A DNA stretch of 64,000 nt from Candidatus Saccharimonadales bacterium (GTDB taxonomy: Bacteria > Patescibacteriota > Saccharimonadia > Saccharimonadales > UBA4665), in assembly GCA_041912375.1 (NCBI GenBank), contig JAYRNA010000002.1, forward strand, positions 2,226 through 66,225, read 5' to 3'. The position numbers and the translations under genes were made by a program. A model generated the notes under the pieces. The model ran no database searches, was not told where the DNA came from, and was given only the letters and a program-made list of their open reading frames with translations. This document shows, piece by piece, positions 32,280-42,031 of the stretch. Within the stretch, counting starts at the first letter, position 1. Each line of letters opens with the position of its first letter.

Positions 32280-33776
32280 TTGATAAAATGCTGCCACATG
32301 AGACGCAGCAGACGGCATTATTTCAGGCGAACGACCCTGGTATTTGTTGCTGGTAGTGGATTTGTCCTAGGCATCGGAGCGGCTTACCATGGTATTACCA
32401 TTCCGGCGTTGGCTATGGTAATGTCTGCAATCATTTTTCTGTTGACAATTCGGCGAAGCAATTATCTAACAATTATTTGTATCGGTCTGGTGACTTTTGG
32501 TGCCGGCACATACCGCGGTCAAGTTTATGTACACAAAAAACAAGTTTTACTATCACATCTCGGGCAACACATGAGTCTGACTGTTACCGCACTTAGTGAC
32601 AGTGTTTATGAGACCAAAAGTCAGCTTGGCTTTGATGCCAACCAAGCAGTAGCGGGCAATGCACCACTCAGCGGTAAATTCCATATTGGCGGTTTTGGGC
32701 TTACCAGTGTCCAAGAAGGCGACAGGGTGCTTGTCCAGGGGAAGATGTATCCAGGTCGTGGTGGCTACCAAGCGCGCGTTAGCTACGCTAAGCTACAATT
32801 GGTTGCACATAACCCCAGCCCAATTGCTGATCTGCGTCGGCGCTTCACCGCCGGTATTCAGACAGCTCTGCCAGAACCGACGGCCTCTTTTGCAATGGGA
32901 CTATTGATTGGGCAAAGAGTGTCACTGCCAGCGTCTGAAAAACAAGCTTTACTGATGGTCGGATTGACGCACATTATTGCCGTATCGGGATATAACCTAA
33001 CAATAATTTTGTCAGCCTGCACCAAGCTCTTGCAACCCTATTCAAGGAGGATCGCTAGCGGTATAGCAGTTGGTCTGATAGCGGTCTTTCTCCTCCTGGC
33101 CGGCGCGAGTGCGTCAATCGTCCGTGCGGCAATAGTTAGCATGTTAAGCATATTGGCACAGTTCTATGGTCGATCATTTAAACCACTCAACTTGATTGTA
33201 ATTGCCGCCGCTATTACCGCCTGGGCTAACCCCTATTACGTTTGGTCTGATATTAGTTGGTACTTGAGCTTTTTGGCTTTTTACGGTGTCTTAGAGGTTG
33301 CACCAAGGTTGATCAGCTTGAGTGGACTACGGAAACCCTCACTGCTACTAATTGTCGCTGCCGAGAGTTTATGTGCTGAGCTGATGACACTGCCGCTAGT
33401 ACTACACGTGTTTGGTCAAATATCATTGGTTGGATTATTGGCTAATGTGTTGGTAGTGCCCTTAATTCCACTGGCAATGCTGGTCAGCCTAATAGCTGGG
33501 TTGGCTGGAATGTGGGCTGGATCAATCGTCGGTTGGCTGGCGCTGCCGGCCGATCTCGTCCTGACCTACATCCTTGATATAGCCCATTTACTCAGTTCAA
33601 TTCCGCATATCTTTTTGCAGAACTTGGGATTCTCTACACCACAAATGCTGGCTCTATATGGCATAGTTTTATCTGGCATCGGTCTGGTGAGTCGTCACAA
33701 TAAGCGGAAATATGGTAAAATAACAGATGAAAAGGCAGCTAATCGAAAGGCAGCACCGTTTAGCGCGAGTGTCTGA
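32280..33776 (+). CDS. comEC: ComEC/Rec2 family DNA internalisation channel, without the C-terminal metallo-beta-lactamase domain
   Basis: Competence domain GLLIGQRVSLPASEKQALLMVGLTHIIAVSGYNLTIIL, with an N-terminal OB-like region between TMs. At 498 aa it is too short to include the nuclease domain. The start may be the ATG at 32298. Confidence 0.85.
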   Translation: MIKCCHMRRSRRHYFRRTTLVFVAGSGFVLGIGAAYHGITIPALAMVMSAIIFLLTIRRSNYLTIICIGLVTFGAGTYRGQVYVHKKQVLLSHLGQHMSLTVTALSDSVYETKSQLGFDANQAVAGNAPLSGKFHIGGFGLTSVQEGDRVLVQGKMYPGRGGYQARVSYAKLQLVAHNPSPIADLRRRFTAGIQTALPEPTASFAMGLLIGQRVSLPASEKQALLMVGLTHIIAVSGYNLTIILSACTKLLQPYSRRIASGIAVGLIAVFLLLAGASASIVRAAIVSMLSILAQFYGRSFKPLNLIVIAAAITAWANPYYVWSDISWYLSFLAFYGVLEVAPRLISLSGLRKPSLLLIVAAESLCAELMTLPLVLHVFGQISLVGLLANVLVVPLIPLAMLVSLIAGLAGMWAGSIVGWLALPADLVLTYILDIAHLLSSIPHIFLQNLGFSTPQMLALYGIVLSGIGLVSRHNKRKYGKITDEKAANRKAAPFSASV

Positions 33777-33786
33777 ATCAACCCTC

Positions 33787-34512
33787 ATGAGTGGTCATAG
33801 CAAGTGGTCGACAATTAAGCGTCAAAAGGGCGCCAAGGACGCAGCCAGAGGAGCTTTATTTACCAAGCTTGGTAATGCGATTGCTATTGCCGCCCGAAGT
33901 GGACTCGATCCTGAAACGAACTTTAGTTTGCGTCTGGCGATTGATCGAGCCAAAGCGGCCAACATGCCCATGACAAATATTCAGCGTTCAATCGATCGAG
34001 CCAAAGATAAAAATGCCGATCAATTGCAAGAAGTTTTGTATGAGGGTTACGGACCGGGCGGCGTGGCTATCTTAGTTGAATGTGCCACCGATAACATCAA
34101 CCGTACCTATCCGGATGTACGCTCAGCTTTCAGCAAGCACGGCGGCAGCATTGCCGAGAAAGGCTCAGTGGCGTTTCAGTTTGAACGTAAAGGGTTGATA
34201 AGGATTGAGGGTCAGGGTGACGGAATAATCCTGCAGGCTCTTGAGGCAGGTGCCGAAGATGTTCAGGAAGAAAGCGGCAATTCGATCATCTACACCGATC
34301 AGCGAGAGCTCGCCAAAGTCCGCAACTCTTTGAGTCGGGCCGGCGCAAAAATCATTGAAGCCGAACTTAGTTATGTCCCAAAAAACACGGTTGAAATTAC
34401 GGACGAAAAAGTTGCCGGCAAAATAGTGCGTCTCATGGAAGCACTAGATGACAGCGACGATGTCAGTAATACCTATGTCAATTTCGATCTGCCTGAAGAT
34501 CTGCTGGTTTAA
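33787..34512 (+). CDS. yebC: YebC/PmpR family DNA-binding regulator
   Basis: MSGHSKWSTIKRQKGAKDAARG. The track ORF from 33727 adds 20 aa that overlap comEC; the ATG at 33787 gives the canonical start. Confidence 0.93.
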   Translation: MSGHSKWSTIKRQKGAKDAARGALFTKLGNAIAIAARSGLDPETNFSLRLAIDRAKAANMPMTNIQRSIDRAKDKNADQLQEVLYEGYGPGGVAILVECATDNINRTYPDVRSAFSKHGGSIAEKGSVAFQFERKGLIRIEGQGDGIILQALEAGAEDVQEESGNSIIYTDQRELAKVRNSLSRAGAKIIEAELSYVPKNTVEITDEKVAGKIVRLMEALDDSDDVSNTYVNFDLPEDLLV

Positions 34513-34517
34513 AGAAT

Positions 34518-34988
34518 ATGAGAATCATAGGCATAGATCCAGGCACAGGAATTATGGGCTTCGGGATCATTGATGCCCAGAAAGGCAAGGCCAAGCTAGT
34601 CGACGCCGGGGTAGTTCGGACATCGTCAAAGCAAGATGATGCTAGGCGTCTTCAAACGATTTTTAACGAACTAACTAGCGTTATAAAAGATACCAACCCG
34701 ACTGAAATGTCGGTCGAAAGACTGTTTTTTGCTCAAAATGTCACGACTGCTATGACAGTTTCACAAGCTCGCGGAGTGGTCTTACTGGCCGGCAAGCAAG
34801 CCGGACTTAACATTTTTGAATATACGCCACTACAAATCAAACAGGCCCTGACTGGCTATGGTCGTGCCGAAAAGTCTCAGATACAGGAGATGGTCCGAGT
34901 AGTTCTACAACTCAAAGAAACCCCTAAACCTGATGATTGTGCTGATGCTCTAGCCGCTGCTATCACCCACAGCATGACTATGAGATAA
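34518..34988 (+). CDS. ruvC: Holliday junction resolvase RuvC
   Basis: MRIIGIDPGTGIMGFGII..., with C-terminal DCADALAAAITH. Confidence 0.93.
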   Translation: MRIIGIDPGTGIMGFGIIDAQKGKAKLVDAGVVRTSSKQDDARRLQTIFNELTSVIKDTNPTEMSVERLFFAQNVTTAMTVSQARGVVLLAGKQAGLNIFEYTPLQIKQALTGYGRAEKSQIQEMVRVVLQLKETPKPDDCADALAAAITHSMTMR

Positions 34989-34997
34989 TTGGTAGAT

Positions 34998-35582
34998 ATG
35001 ATTGCCACGCTGACTGGTGTCGTTTCTGAGAAATTAGCAGACATGGTGGTGCTAGAGGTGCAAGGTGTGGGCTACGGGCTAAGTGTTACGGCCGAAGACC
35101 ACGGCGTCTTGATCAACGACAGTTCGGCCAGACTTTATGTCTATGAACATATTAGGGAGCAATCACACGAATTGTTTGGTTTTATCGATAAAGAGACCCT
35201 AGCCCTTTTTGAGCAGTTACTCAGTGTCAACGGTATCGGACCAAAAATGGCGCTTAACATGTTAAGTATAGGATCAAACGAAGGTGTTAAGCAAGCGATT
35301 GCTTCTGGCGATGTGTCCTACATACAGCAAGCCAACGGGGTGGGCAAAAAAGTTGCTGAGCGGGTAGTTGTTGACCTGAAAGATAAAGTCGGCTTAGTTG
35401 GAGCTGATTTGAGTTCAACAGGAATTTTAGCTGCCGATACCCACCTAAAGCAAGACGAGGCAGTCGTGGCGTTAATGTCACTAGGTTATTCGACCCACGA
35501 CGCAGCCCGAGCTCTGCAAAAGATCGATGCCAAACTTCCAACCGCAGAACGTATCAAACAAGCGTTAAAGGCAGCGACATGA
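34998..35582 (+). CDS. ruvA: Holliday junction branch migration complex subunit RuvA
   Basis: MIATLTGVV..., with the HhH region [13 protein letters not shown] and a C-terminal domain III. The track start TTG at 34989 is also possible. Confidence 0.93.
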   Translation: MIATLTGVVSEKLADMVVLEVQGVGYGLSVTAEDHGVLINDSSARLYVYEHIREQSHELFGFIDKETLALFEQLLSVNGIGPKMALNMLSIGSNEGVKQAIASGDVSYIQQANGVGKKVAERVVVDLKDKVGLVGADLSSTGILAADTHLKQDEAVVALMSLGYSTHDAARALQKIDAKLPTAERIKQALKAAT

Positions 35583-36616
35583 TCGATCGAATTGTTGATG
35601 CCAAGGCCGATGCGGAGGAGCCAGAAGAGAAAGAGATTGAGATAACACTTAGACCCCGAGATTTTGCTAATTATATCGGTCAAGCCAGACTCAAGCAGAA
35701 CATCAAGTTGGCAATCGATGCCGCCAAGAAGCGTGAAGAACCACTCGATCACGTACTTTTGCACGGGCCTCCTGGACTTGGCAAAACCACAATGGCTAGC
35801 GTCATTGCTAACGAAATGGGTGCTCAAATCAGAATTACCAGTGGTCCAGCAATAGAAAGAGCCGGCGATTTAGCGAGTTTGCTGACCAATCTCAGCGACG
35901 GAGATATATTATTTGTCGATGAGATCCATAGATTAAATCGAACAGTAGAAGAAGTCCTCTATAGTGCCATGGAAGATTTCAAGCTCGATATCATGCTTGG
36001 AAAAGGCCCGTCAGCTCGTTCGCTAAGGCTTGATTTGCCCAAATTTACGATAATAGGAGCCACAACTCGCACTGGTAGTTTAGCCGCTCCGCTCAGGGAT
36101 AGGTTCGGGATGATCCACCGCTTAGAATTCTATCAACCGGATGAGATCAAAGAAATTATTGTCCGTGCCGCCAAAATTTTGAATGTCAAAATCGATGCTT
36201 CGGCTGCTGGAGAGCTAGCTAAACGTGCTCGTCTGACACCGCGGATAGCTAATCGATTACTGAAACGAGTACGCGATTATGCCGATGTAAATGGGGACGG
36301 TATTATCGATACCGAGCTAAGCTATAAAGCGCTTGAGCTGTTAGACATAGATGAAATTGGCTTGGATACCACCGACCGCTTGCTGTTGAGTGCCATCATC
36401 GATAACTACCAGGGCGGTCCGGTCGGAGTCGAAACCCTGGCAGCACTGACCGCAGAGGAAAGAGGAACTATCGAAGATTTTTATGAACCGTATCTCATGC
36501 AAATCGGCCTGTTGGAGCGAACACCACGCGGACGCAAAGTAACTCAGCGCGCTTACCAGCACCTTGGTAAAAAGCCTAGAAAATCAGGGGAGGATAAGCA
36601 GTCAGCCCTGCTATAA
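35579..36616 (+). CDS. ruvB: Holliday junction branch migration DNA helicase RuvB
   Basis: [21 protein letters not shown] and DEIHRL are present. A 4-nt overlap with ruvA. Confidence 0.97.
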   Translation: MIDRIVDAKADAEEPEEKEIEITLRPRDFANYIGQARLKQNIKLAIDAAKKREEPLDHVLLHGPPGLGKTTMASVIANEMGAQIRITSGPAIERAGDLASLLTNLSDGDILFVDEIHRLNRTVEEVLYSAMEDFKLDIMLGKGPSARSLRLDLPKFTIIGATTRTGSLAAPLRDRFGMIHRLEFYQPDEIKEIIVRAAKILNVKIDASAAGELAKRARLTPRIANRLLKRVRDYADVNGDGIIDTELSYKALELLDIDEIGLDTTDRLLLSAIIDNYQGGPVGVETLAALTAEERGTIEDFYEPYLMQIGLLERTPRGRKVTQRAYQHLGKKPRKSGEDKQSALL

Positions 36617-36625
36617 TGTGGTGAT

Positions 36626-37417
36626 ATGTATCCCCAGGAGCAGCCGAGCGAGTTACCACTACCATCAGGCCCAACAGTGCACGATCCGTTAGCTGTGATG
36701 CAACCCGGCGAGGCGGTAATTTGTAAGATTATTCGGCACCCAGCCGGAATGTTAATGAGCTATATTGTCACCGGCGGCATGCTGATTTTGCTGGCAATTT
36801 TGGCGTTTGTGATATTGCCAAACGTTTTTACTACTATCAGCCACAATACATTAGTCGTCGTAGTTGGAGTTGTTTACGGAATTGTTGCTCTTTTGAGTCT
36901 GACGTTTACCTTTATTGCCAACAAGATTTATTGGGGCAATAGCTGGGTTATTACCAGTGATAGCGTTACGCAATATTCTCAAACAAGTCTTTTCAATAAA
37001 CGCTCGAGCCAGTTGTCGCTAGACAATATTGAAAACGTTTCGTCAGCTCAAGATGGACCAATTTCTCATGTATTTAACTACGGCACACTGCGGGTTGTAA
37101 CTGCCGGCGACAAAAGTCAGTTCGTGTTTAGATTTTGCCCGAGGCCTAACTTCTACGCCCAACGCATTCTCGATGCAAGAGAGAAATTTGTCCAAATGAA
37201 ATCCCTAACTCAACCGCCTCCGCCGGTCATCGACAGTACTCCGCCGCAACCACCCTCCTATCAGCTTCCAGCGCAGCCGGCGTCTGTGCCGACTGAAAAA
37301 CCATATCAACCTACTCCAAATACAGTGCCTCTACCACCATTTCCACCAATACCCGTACCCGCAGACACTACTGGAACGGGTTACTCCGTGCCTGGTCGAA
37401 CAAAGCTTGAACGCTAA
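36626..37417 (+). CDS. Membrane protein with bacterial PH (YdbS/YdbT-like) domain and Pro-rich C-terminus
   Basis: Two TM helices, then SLDNIENVSSAQDGPISHVFNYGTLRVVTAGD (bPH_2-like). The tail is PPPPVIDSTPPQPPSYQLPAQP. Confidence 0.6.
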   Translation: MYPQEQPSELPLPSGPTVHDPLAVMQPGEAVICKIIRHPAGMLMSYIVTGGMLILLAILAFVILPNVFTTISHNTLVVVVGVVYGIVALLSLTFTFIANKIYWGNSWVITSDSVTQYSQTSLFNKRSSQLSLDNIENVSSAQDGPISHVFNYGTLRVVTAGDKSQFVFRFCPRPNFYAQRILDAREKFVQMKSLTQPPPPVIDSTPPQPPSYQLPAQPASVPTEKPYQPTPNTVPLPPFPPIPVPADTTGTGYSVPGRTKLER

Positions 37418-37676
37418 CGCTATTGTCCTGAAGCGATTGAAGCTGCTTGATTGTAGCTTTATCGATATGAGGTAATGGTGTGGCCTTGACCTGACTACTT
37501 ATGGCATCGGCTGACGGTTGAGCAGTGGTCAGAGTGCGAATTTGAAATAGCAAAAATCCATAAAGTAGCGCCACAAACGCTAAAAAGGCGATCGTACGGT
37601 AGCGACCTAGATCTTGAAAGATATCAAGAACCCTTTTTCGGATTGATGGTATGTCGAGAGCTTTTTTGTCAGTCAT
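37368..37676 (-). CDS. Small single-pass membrane protein, last gene of the pilus assembly operon
   Basis: A 4-nt overlap with the pilO-like gene. One TM (IAFLAFVALLYGFLLF). The 3' end overlaps the convergent gene by 50 nt. Confidence 0.5.
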   Translation of the reverse strand: MTDKKALDIPSIRKRVLDIFQDLGRYRTIAFLAFVALLYGFLLFQIRTLTTAQPSADAISSQVKATPLPHIDKATIKQLQSLQDNSVSVQALFDQARSNPFQ

Positions 37677-38317
37677 GGTTTTATGTACTCGTTTAAGCTT
37701 AGAGTGAAGGTAAGCATTGTCCGATTCGATGCATTGGGCTGGATTGTAATAGTGCTGACTTGGGCCGTGCGTCGATTGTGCTCTAGAGCACTCAAAAAGT
37801 TAATAAATCGATCATAGGGCACAGGTCTGTTTGGGTCGCCCTGAACTGTTATCGTCAGTAAGTAGACCCCCGGTATATTCTTGACCGGCTGTAACTGAGA
37901 TAGACCGTTGGCTTTGCTGTTGGCGCTCGGTGCGACAGGTTTGGCGGCGCTTGGCGCTGTAGTGGTGCCGGTTGCGGATAGACCGAGGGTTGACGCCGGA
38001 AAATTAATAGCCGTCAGACCTATTCCATTGGCTCCAGCGATATTGACTATCTCACGGACGGCTTCGGCTTGATTTTTGTCTTCGGGTACCACTGCCTGAG
38101 CAATTTTCTCTAAGTTGGCATATGTCTTCAGATCTTGTTTGGCCTTCGTTAGGCTTACTCTTTGTTGGTCGAGAGCCAGGCTCTTTGCTTTTAAGTTGGT
38201 CAGTTTGGTTGCTTGGCTTGTTAGCAGACTGTTAACGCCATAAGTTCCGGCGATGAGACCAACGAACAGTGCGATGAGCGTACCGCAGAGTACATAAAAC
38301 AGCCGCTTACTATTCAT
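37673..38317 (-). CDS. pilO: PilO-like type IV pilus assembly protein
   Basis: N-terminal TM, a coiled-coil (KLTNLKAKSLALDQQRVSLTKAKQDLK) and a C-terminal alpha/beta domain. Positioned after pilN. Confidence 0.6.
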   Translation of the reverse strand: MNSKRLFYVLCGTLIALFVGLIAGTYGVNSLLTSQATKLTNLKAKSLALDQQRVSLTKAKQDLKTYANLEKIAQAVVPEDKNQAEAVREIVNIAGANGIGLTAINFPASTLGLSATGTTTAPSAAKPVAPSANSKANGLSQLQPVKNIPGVYLLTITVQGDPNRPVPYDRFINFLSALEHNRRTAQVSTITIQPNASNRTMLTFTLSLNEYIKP

Positions 38318-38913
38318 TATTTAACTCCCTTGCTATTAATGAATAGAAAAGGGTTGTTTGATGCAAAAAGCGCACGAATATTTACGGTACAGGGGTAATG
38401 AGGGTTGAGAGCATTGGTGTTACTACAAGTTATACTGACAATGTCCGCCTTGCTAAATATTTTGTTTTTGGCATCGGCTAGGTTTACCTGGACTTGAGTG
38501 GCAGTTGCATAGTCGGTAGCAATTGCAGAGATATCTATCCCTCCTTGCGTCTGATTGATATTTAGACCTGTTAGATTGGCATTAGCCGGGATAGCCGCAG
38601 CAATTTGTTTCAGAAGTTGGGAGAAAAGCACCTCTTGCCCCAAGACCTTGACTACCAGCCTGAAACTGCCACTGATTTCTTGAATTCGTTTTTGGGTACC
38701 TGTGAAATCTTCTTTTTGGAAATAGGCCTGGCTGTCCGCGATCTGCTTATTGTGATGCAACGTTGATTGATGTAGCGACAGCAGGCCAATAGTCGCTAAG
38801 GCGCCAAGTCCCATCAGTGCAATACAGAAAAATATTACCCAGTGTCTGAGTATCACATTGAGCCGGGCGTAGCGATAACTTTTTTTCAAGTCAGGTGGCA
38901 AAAGGTTGATCAT
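38317..38913 (-). CDS. pilN: PilN-like type IV pilus assembly protein
   Basis: MINLLPPDL... followed by a single TM. A 4-nt overlap with pilM. Confidence 0.75.
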   Translation of the reverse strand: MINLLPPDLKKSYRYARLNVILRHWVIFFCIALMGLGALATIGLLSLHQSTLHHNKQIADSQAYFQKEDFTGTQKRIQEISGSFRLVVKVLGQEVLFSQLLKQIAAAIPANANLTGLNINQTQGGIDISAIATDYATATQVQVNLADAKNKIFSKADIVSITCSNTNALNPHYPCTVNIRALFASNNPFLFINSKGVK

Positions 38914-40004
38914 GACTGAAATACCTCCCGATGATTGGCTAAACTGAGACCAGCCACCGTAGCGTACATCGGTTTGTCGGCCGCAGACGGCAACTGCAGG
39001 CCTTTGTAGTCCAGATACTGCCAGGGGTCACAATGCCTAACTGCGATACGAATTTCTGAGGTTAAATACTCAGAAAGACCAGGCATATTGGCTCCTCCAC
39101 CCAGAGTAGTGATTTGGCCAATTGGCCGGGTTGACCCGTAGCGCTCTTCGTAGTAGCGCATCATTCGTCTAATTTCTTTGACAATCTGTTGCAGGGTGGG
39201 TTCCAGCGCTTGTTTGATCTCAGATTGTTTCTTGCTGGCCCCAAGCCCGTAGCGGGTCTTGATGAGACCGGCTTCTTCTCGGGTGACACCGAGTTTAGCT
39301 TTGATAGAATCAGTAAAAACTAGACCGCCACCCTGGACGGTTCCGGTTACTAAAATATGCTTGTCGAAAATACTAATATCAGCTGACTCTGAACCAAAGT
39401 CGATGATAAACGTCGCGACATCACTTTGGTAATCAACCGAAAAAAGTCGACCTGAAGAGCTCAGGGTCGGTTCGATGAGTACAGTTTCCAAACCCAAAAT
39501 TTCGCATAGCTCCAAGTAAGAGTCAACTATGATTCGCGGCACGGCAACGACAAATAATTCGGTTGTATCGCCGGTCTGCTTAATAATTTCATAATCGAGG
39601 TACAACTCTTCTAGCGGCATGGAGATGTATTGCTCGGCTTCAAGTTGAACCGCTTCTTTGAGTTCAACGGTGTTTAGACGGGGTAATTTAACTGAGCGAG
39701 TGAACGTCCGGTAAGCTGGAATGGCAATCGCGACACGTCTGGTAGTAATATCACCGACAAGCCCATTTTCGAAAAGGTTATGAGCCGCCTTGGCGATAAT
39801 TTCTGGTTTGACTACCACTCCGTCTTTTTGGGCTGTTCCGTCGAAAGTAGTAAAGCCGTAACCAACAAGATGAGGATGTGAAGCTTTTGATGAAGCCCCA
39901 GCCGTTAGCGCGTCCAGTTGCATGACTTTTAGCGACCCATGACCGATGTCGAGGCCAAATAGGGGTTTGTCGTGAAAAAAGTTTGATATTTTTGGAGTTT
40001 TCAT
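38910..40004 (-). CDS. pilM: Type IV pilus assembly ATPase-fold protein PilM
   Basis: FGLDIGHGSLKVMQL... has actin-like fold motifs, and DFGSESADISIF is present. Confidence 0.88.
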   Translation of the reverse strand: MKTPKISNFFHDKPLFGLDIGHGSLKVMQLDALTAGASSKASHPHLVGYGFTTFDGTAQKDGVVVKPEIIAKAAHNLFENGLVGDITTRRVAIAIPAYRTFTRSVKLPRLNTVELKEAVQLEAEQYISMPLEELYLDYEIIKQTGDTTELFVVAVPRIIVDSYLELCEILGLETVLIEPTLSSSGRLFSVDYQSDVATFIIDFGSESADISIFDKHILVTGTVQGGGLVFTDSIKAKLGVTREEAGLIKTRYGLGASKKQSEIKQALEPTLQQIVKEIRRMMRYYEERYGSTRPIGQITTLGGGANMPGLSEYLTSEIRIAVRHCDPWQYLDYKGLQLPSAADKPMYATVAGLSLANHREVFQS

Positions 40005-40089
40005 CTAGGCTGCCCACCAAGCATAACTGTCTTGTCATCAGTATATCAGACGTAGCGAAGTTTTTGAGCTGCTTGGTGATGTCCGATTG

Positions 40090-40119
40090 AAAACCCCCAA
40101 TCAATTAATTAATCGGGGG
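40090..40119 (-). terminator. Rho-independent terminator after the pilin gene
   Basis: In minus sense, CCCCCGATTAA-ttaa-TTGATTGGGGG forms an 11-bp stem with 2 G.U pairs, followed by TTTTC. Confidence 0.7.
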
Positions 40120-40142
40120 TCTCTGTCAAGAGTTGTTGAAGT

Positions 40143-40613
40143 CTAATCGAGGTTTGACTTGACGTAGGTACTGGCGCCGTTAACCGTGCCCTCGTAGGTC
40201 GCTGTCAAAGTGTATTTAGCGCAGTCTGTGTCAGTTGATTCACAACTGTTGCCACTGCTGTCGGTTACTGCGTAGGAGTATGACTTTGCTGCCGGACTGG
40301 TCAACAGAGTTTTGCTTTGAGTCGGGTTGGACGGATCGATCAGGGCATTTTGATCGAGACTCTTCATATTTGATGATAGCCAGCTGGCACTATTCAAGTC
40401 GGTTAGCGACGGATAGTAGCCGTTTTGGCCAAAGAAAGCCTCTAGCTGCGTCTGTATTGACTGAACGTCAGTCTGACGCTTTGCGTTACGTGCCTTTTGT
40501 TGGATGCCGCTGTAAGTCGTGATAACTAACAGTGCCAAGATGCCGATTACGACAATGACAATCAAAAGCTCAACGATCGTGAAACCTTGACTGCGTTTTT
40601 TAAGAGAGATCAT
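40143..40613 (-). CDS. pilA: Major type IV pilin
   Basis: MISLKKRSQG|FTIVELLIVIVVIGILALL is the class III signal peptide/N-methylation motif. Two Cys near the C-terminus. Has its own promoter and terminator. Confidence 0.88.
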   Translation of the reverse strand: MISLKKRSQGFTIVELLIVIVVIGILALLVITTYSGIQQKARNAKRQTDVQSIQTQLEAFFGQNGYYPSLTDLNSASWLSSNMKSLDQNALIDPSNPTQSKTLLTSPAAKSYSYAVTDSSGNSCESTDTDCAKYTLTATYEGTVNGASTYVKSNLD

Positions 40614-40697
40614 TTGGACCCACCCTTCTGACTTATTGGTTTATTTCTGTGATCTTTGAATGCTAGTTAAGACACTGGCACCAAGTATCTAGTTATG

Positions 40698-40725
40698 ATT
40701 ATAACCATAAGTAGTATCAGGTCAA
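40698..40725 (-). promoter_or_regulatory. Pilin promoter (TTGACC-N16-TATAAT)
   Basis: In minus sense, cTTGACCtgatactacttatggtTATAATc. A leader of about 85 nt ends in AAGGGTGG before the ATG. Confidence 0.5.
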
Positions 40726-40751
40726 GCCTTTTGGAAAACTTCAGAGAACAT

Positions 40752-42026
40752 CTAATTACTACCGATGTTCTTGGACAGGTTGGCGATTGGGCCCATAACA
40801 CTGGCAGCGATCAGCCCGACGCCGGCTCCCAGAACGATGATCATCAAGGGCTCGATAATAGCAGCTAGACCATCGATCAGAACAGTAACCTCCTCTTCGT
40901 AGAAATCCGCAATTTTAGTTAGGACAGTGTCGATCTGACCGGTCTCCTCCCCGACAGCAAGCATCTGGGCAACTATCGGCGGGAAGTGCTTGCTGTGACT
41001 AATCGGTTCACTTAGTTGTTTGCCGTTTTTCACTTCTTGAGCGGCCGCCTCGAGTTCGGCTTGAATAACTCTATTACCAAGCGCCGCACCGGTAATGTCG
41101 AGTGCTTCGAGCACCGTTACACCAGCGCTCATAAGCGAGGCAAATGTCCGGGAAAATCGGGCGATGGTGACTTTCAGGATAATAGTATTGACGACGGGAG
41201 TTCTAAGCAGCAAGGCGTGAAATCGATATTTACCGCGGGGAGTGCGAATATACCGCACCACATAGGCGCTTATTAGTCCGCCGATTATCAACAGCAGTAC
41301 GAGGTTGGGTATTTTCGACACAATCGGAATAGGCAGGTGTCCGAGAATCGTCGGTTTGGCACAAAAGTTGCTAAAATTAAGTAGGACCTGGGTGTAAATC
41401 GGTAATTTGGCATGGGGACCCCCGAGGCTAGTTAAAATACCGCCGAGCTTTGGCACAATAAAAAGCATAATGCCAAAAAAGGCAATTACTGTAACACTAA
41501 GTATCACGGCGGGATACATCATTGCGCTTTTAATTTTTTTGCGAATGCTGGAGTCCTGCTCTACCTGTGTCGCGAGACGTTTTAAAATATCATCAAGAAT
41601 GCCACCTTCTTCGCCAGCTCGGACCATATTGACATATACCTCTGAGAAGACATTAGGATATTTGTTAAAAGCATCGCCGAGTGTCATGCCACTTTCTACA
41701 TCCTTAGTAACTCCACCAAGCACTTCTCGCATATAGGGATTACTGGAATCACCCTGGAGAGCCGACAACGAGCGGGCTAGAGGTACCCCAGCTGAAATCA
41801 TAGTCGAGAGTTGACGGGTAAAGATAACCAAATCACTGAGCTTTACTTTCTTTCTGGGGCCAAATAGCTTGGATGAAGACCGGCCCTTACCCTTACTAAC
41901 CTCTATCAGAAACGGTTTAACACCTTGTTTGTGCAGCAGGGATAATAGGGCAGCTTTGTTGACTGCCTCGACTGTACCGGTCAGCGTCTTGCCGTCTTTG
42001 GCGGTTGCTTTATAAGTAAACTTCAT
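40752..42026 (-). CDS. pilC: Type IV pilus platform protein PilC (GspF family)
   Basis: Two GspF repeats and three TM segments, in the typical position after pilB. Confidence 0.92.
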   Translation of the reverse strand: MKFTYKATAKDGKTLTGTVEAVNKAALLSLLHKQGVKPFLIEVSKGKGRSSSKLFGPRKKVKLSDLVIFTRQLSTMISAGVPLARSLSALQGDSSNPYMREVLGGVTKDVESGMTLGDAFNKYPNVFSEVYVNMVRAGEEGGILDDILKRLATQVEQDSSIRKKIKSAMMYPAVILSVTVIAFFGIMLFIVPKLGGILTSLGGPHAKLPIYTQVLLNFSNFCAKPTILGHLPIPIVSKIPNLVLLLIIGGLISAYVVRYIRTPRGKYRFHALLLRTPVVNTIILKVTIARFSRTFASLMSAGVTVLEALDITGAALGNRVIQAELEAAAQEVKNGKQLSEPISHSKHFPPIVAQMLAVGEETGQIDTVLTKIADFYEEEVTVLIDGLAAIIEPLMIIVLGAGVGLIAASVMGPIANLSKNIGSN

Positions 42027-42031
42027 GGTAG

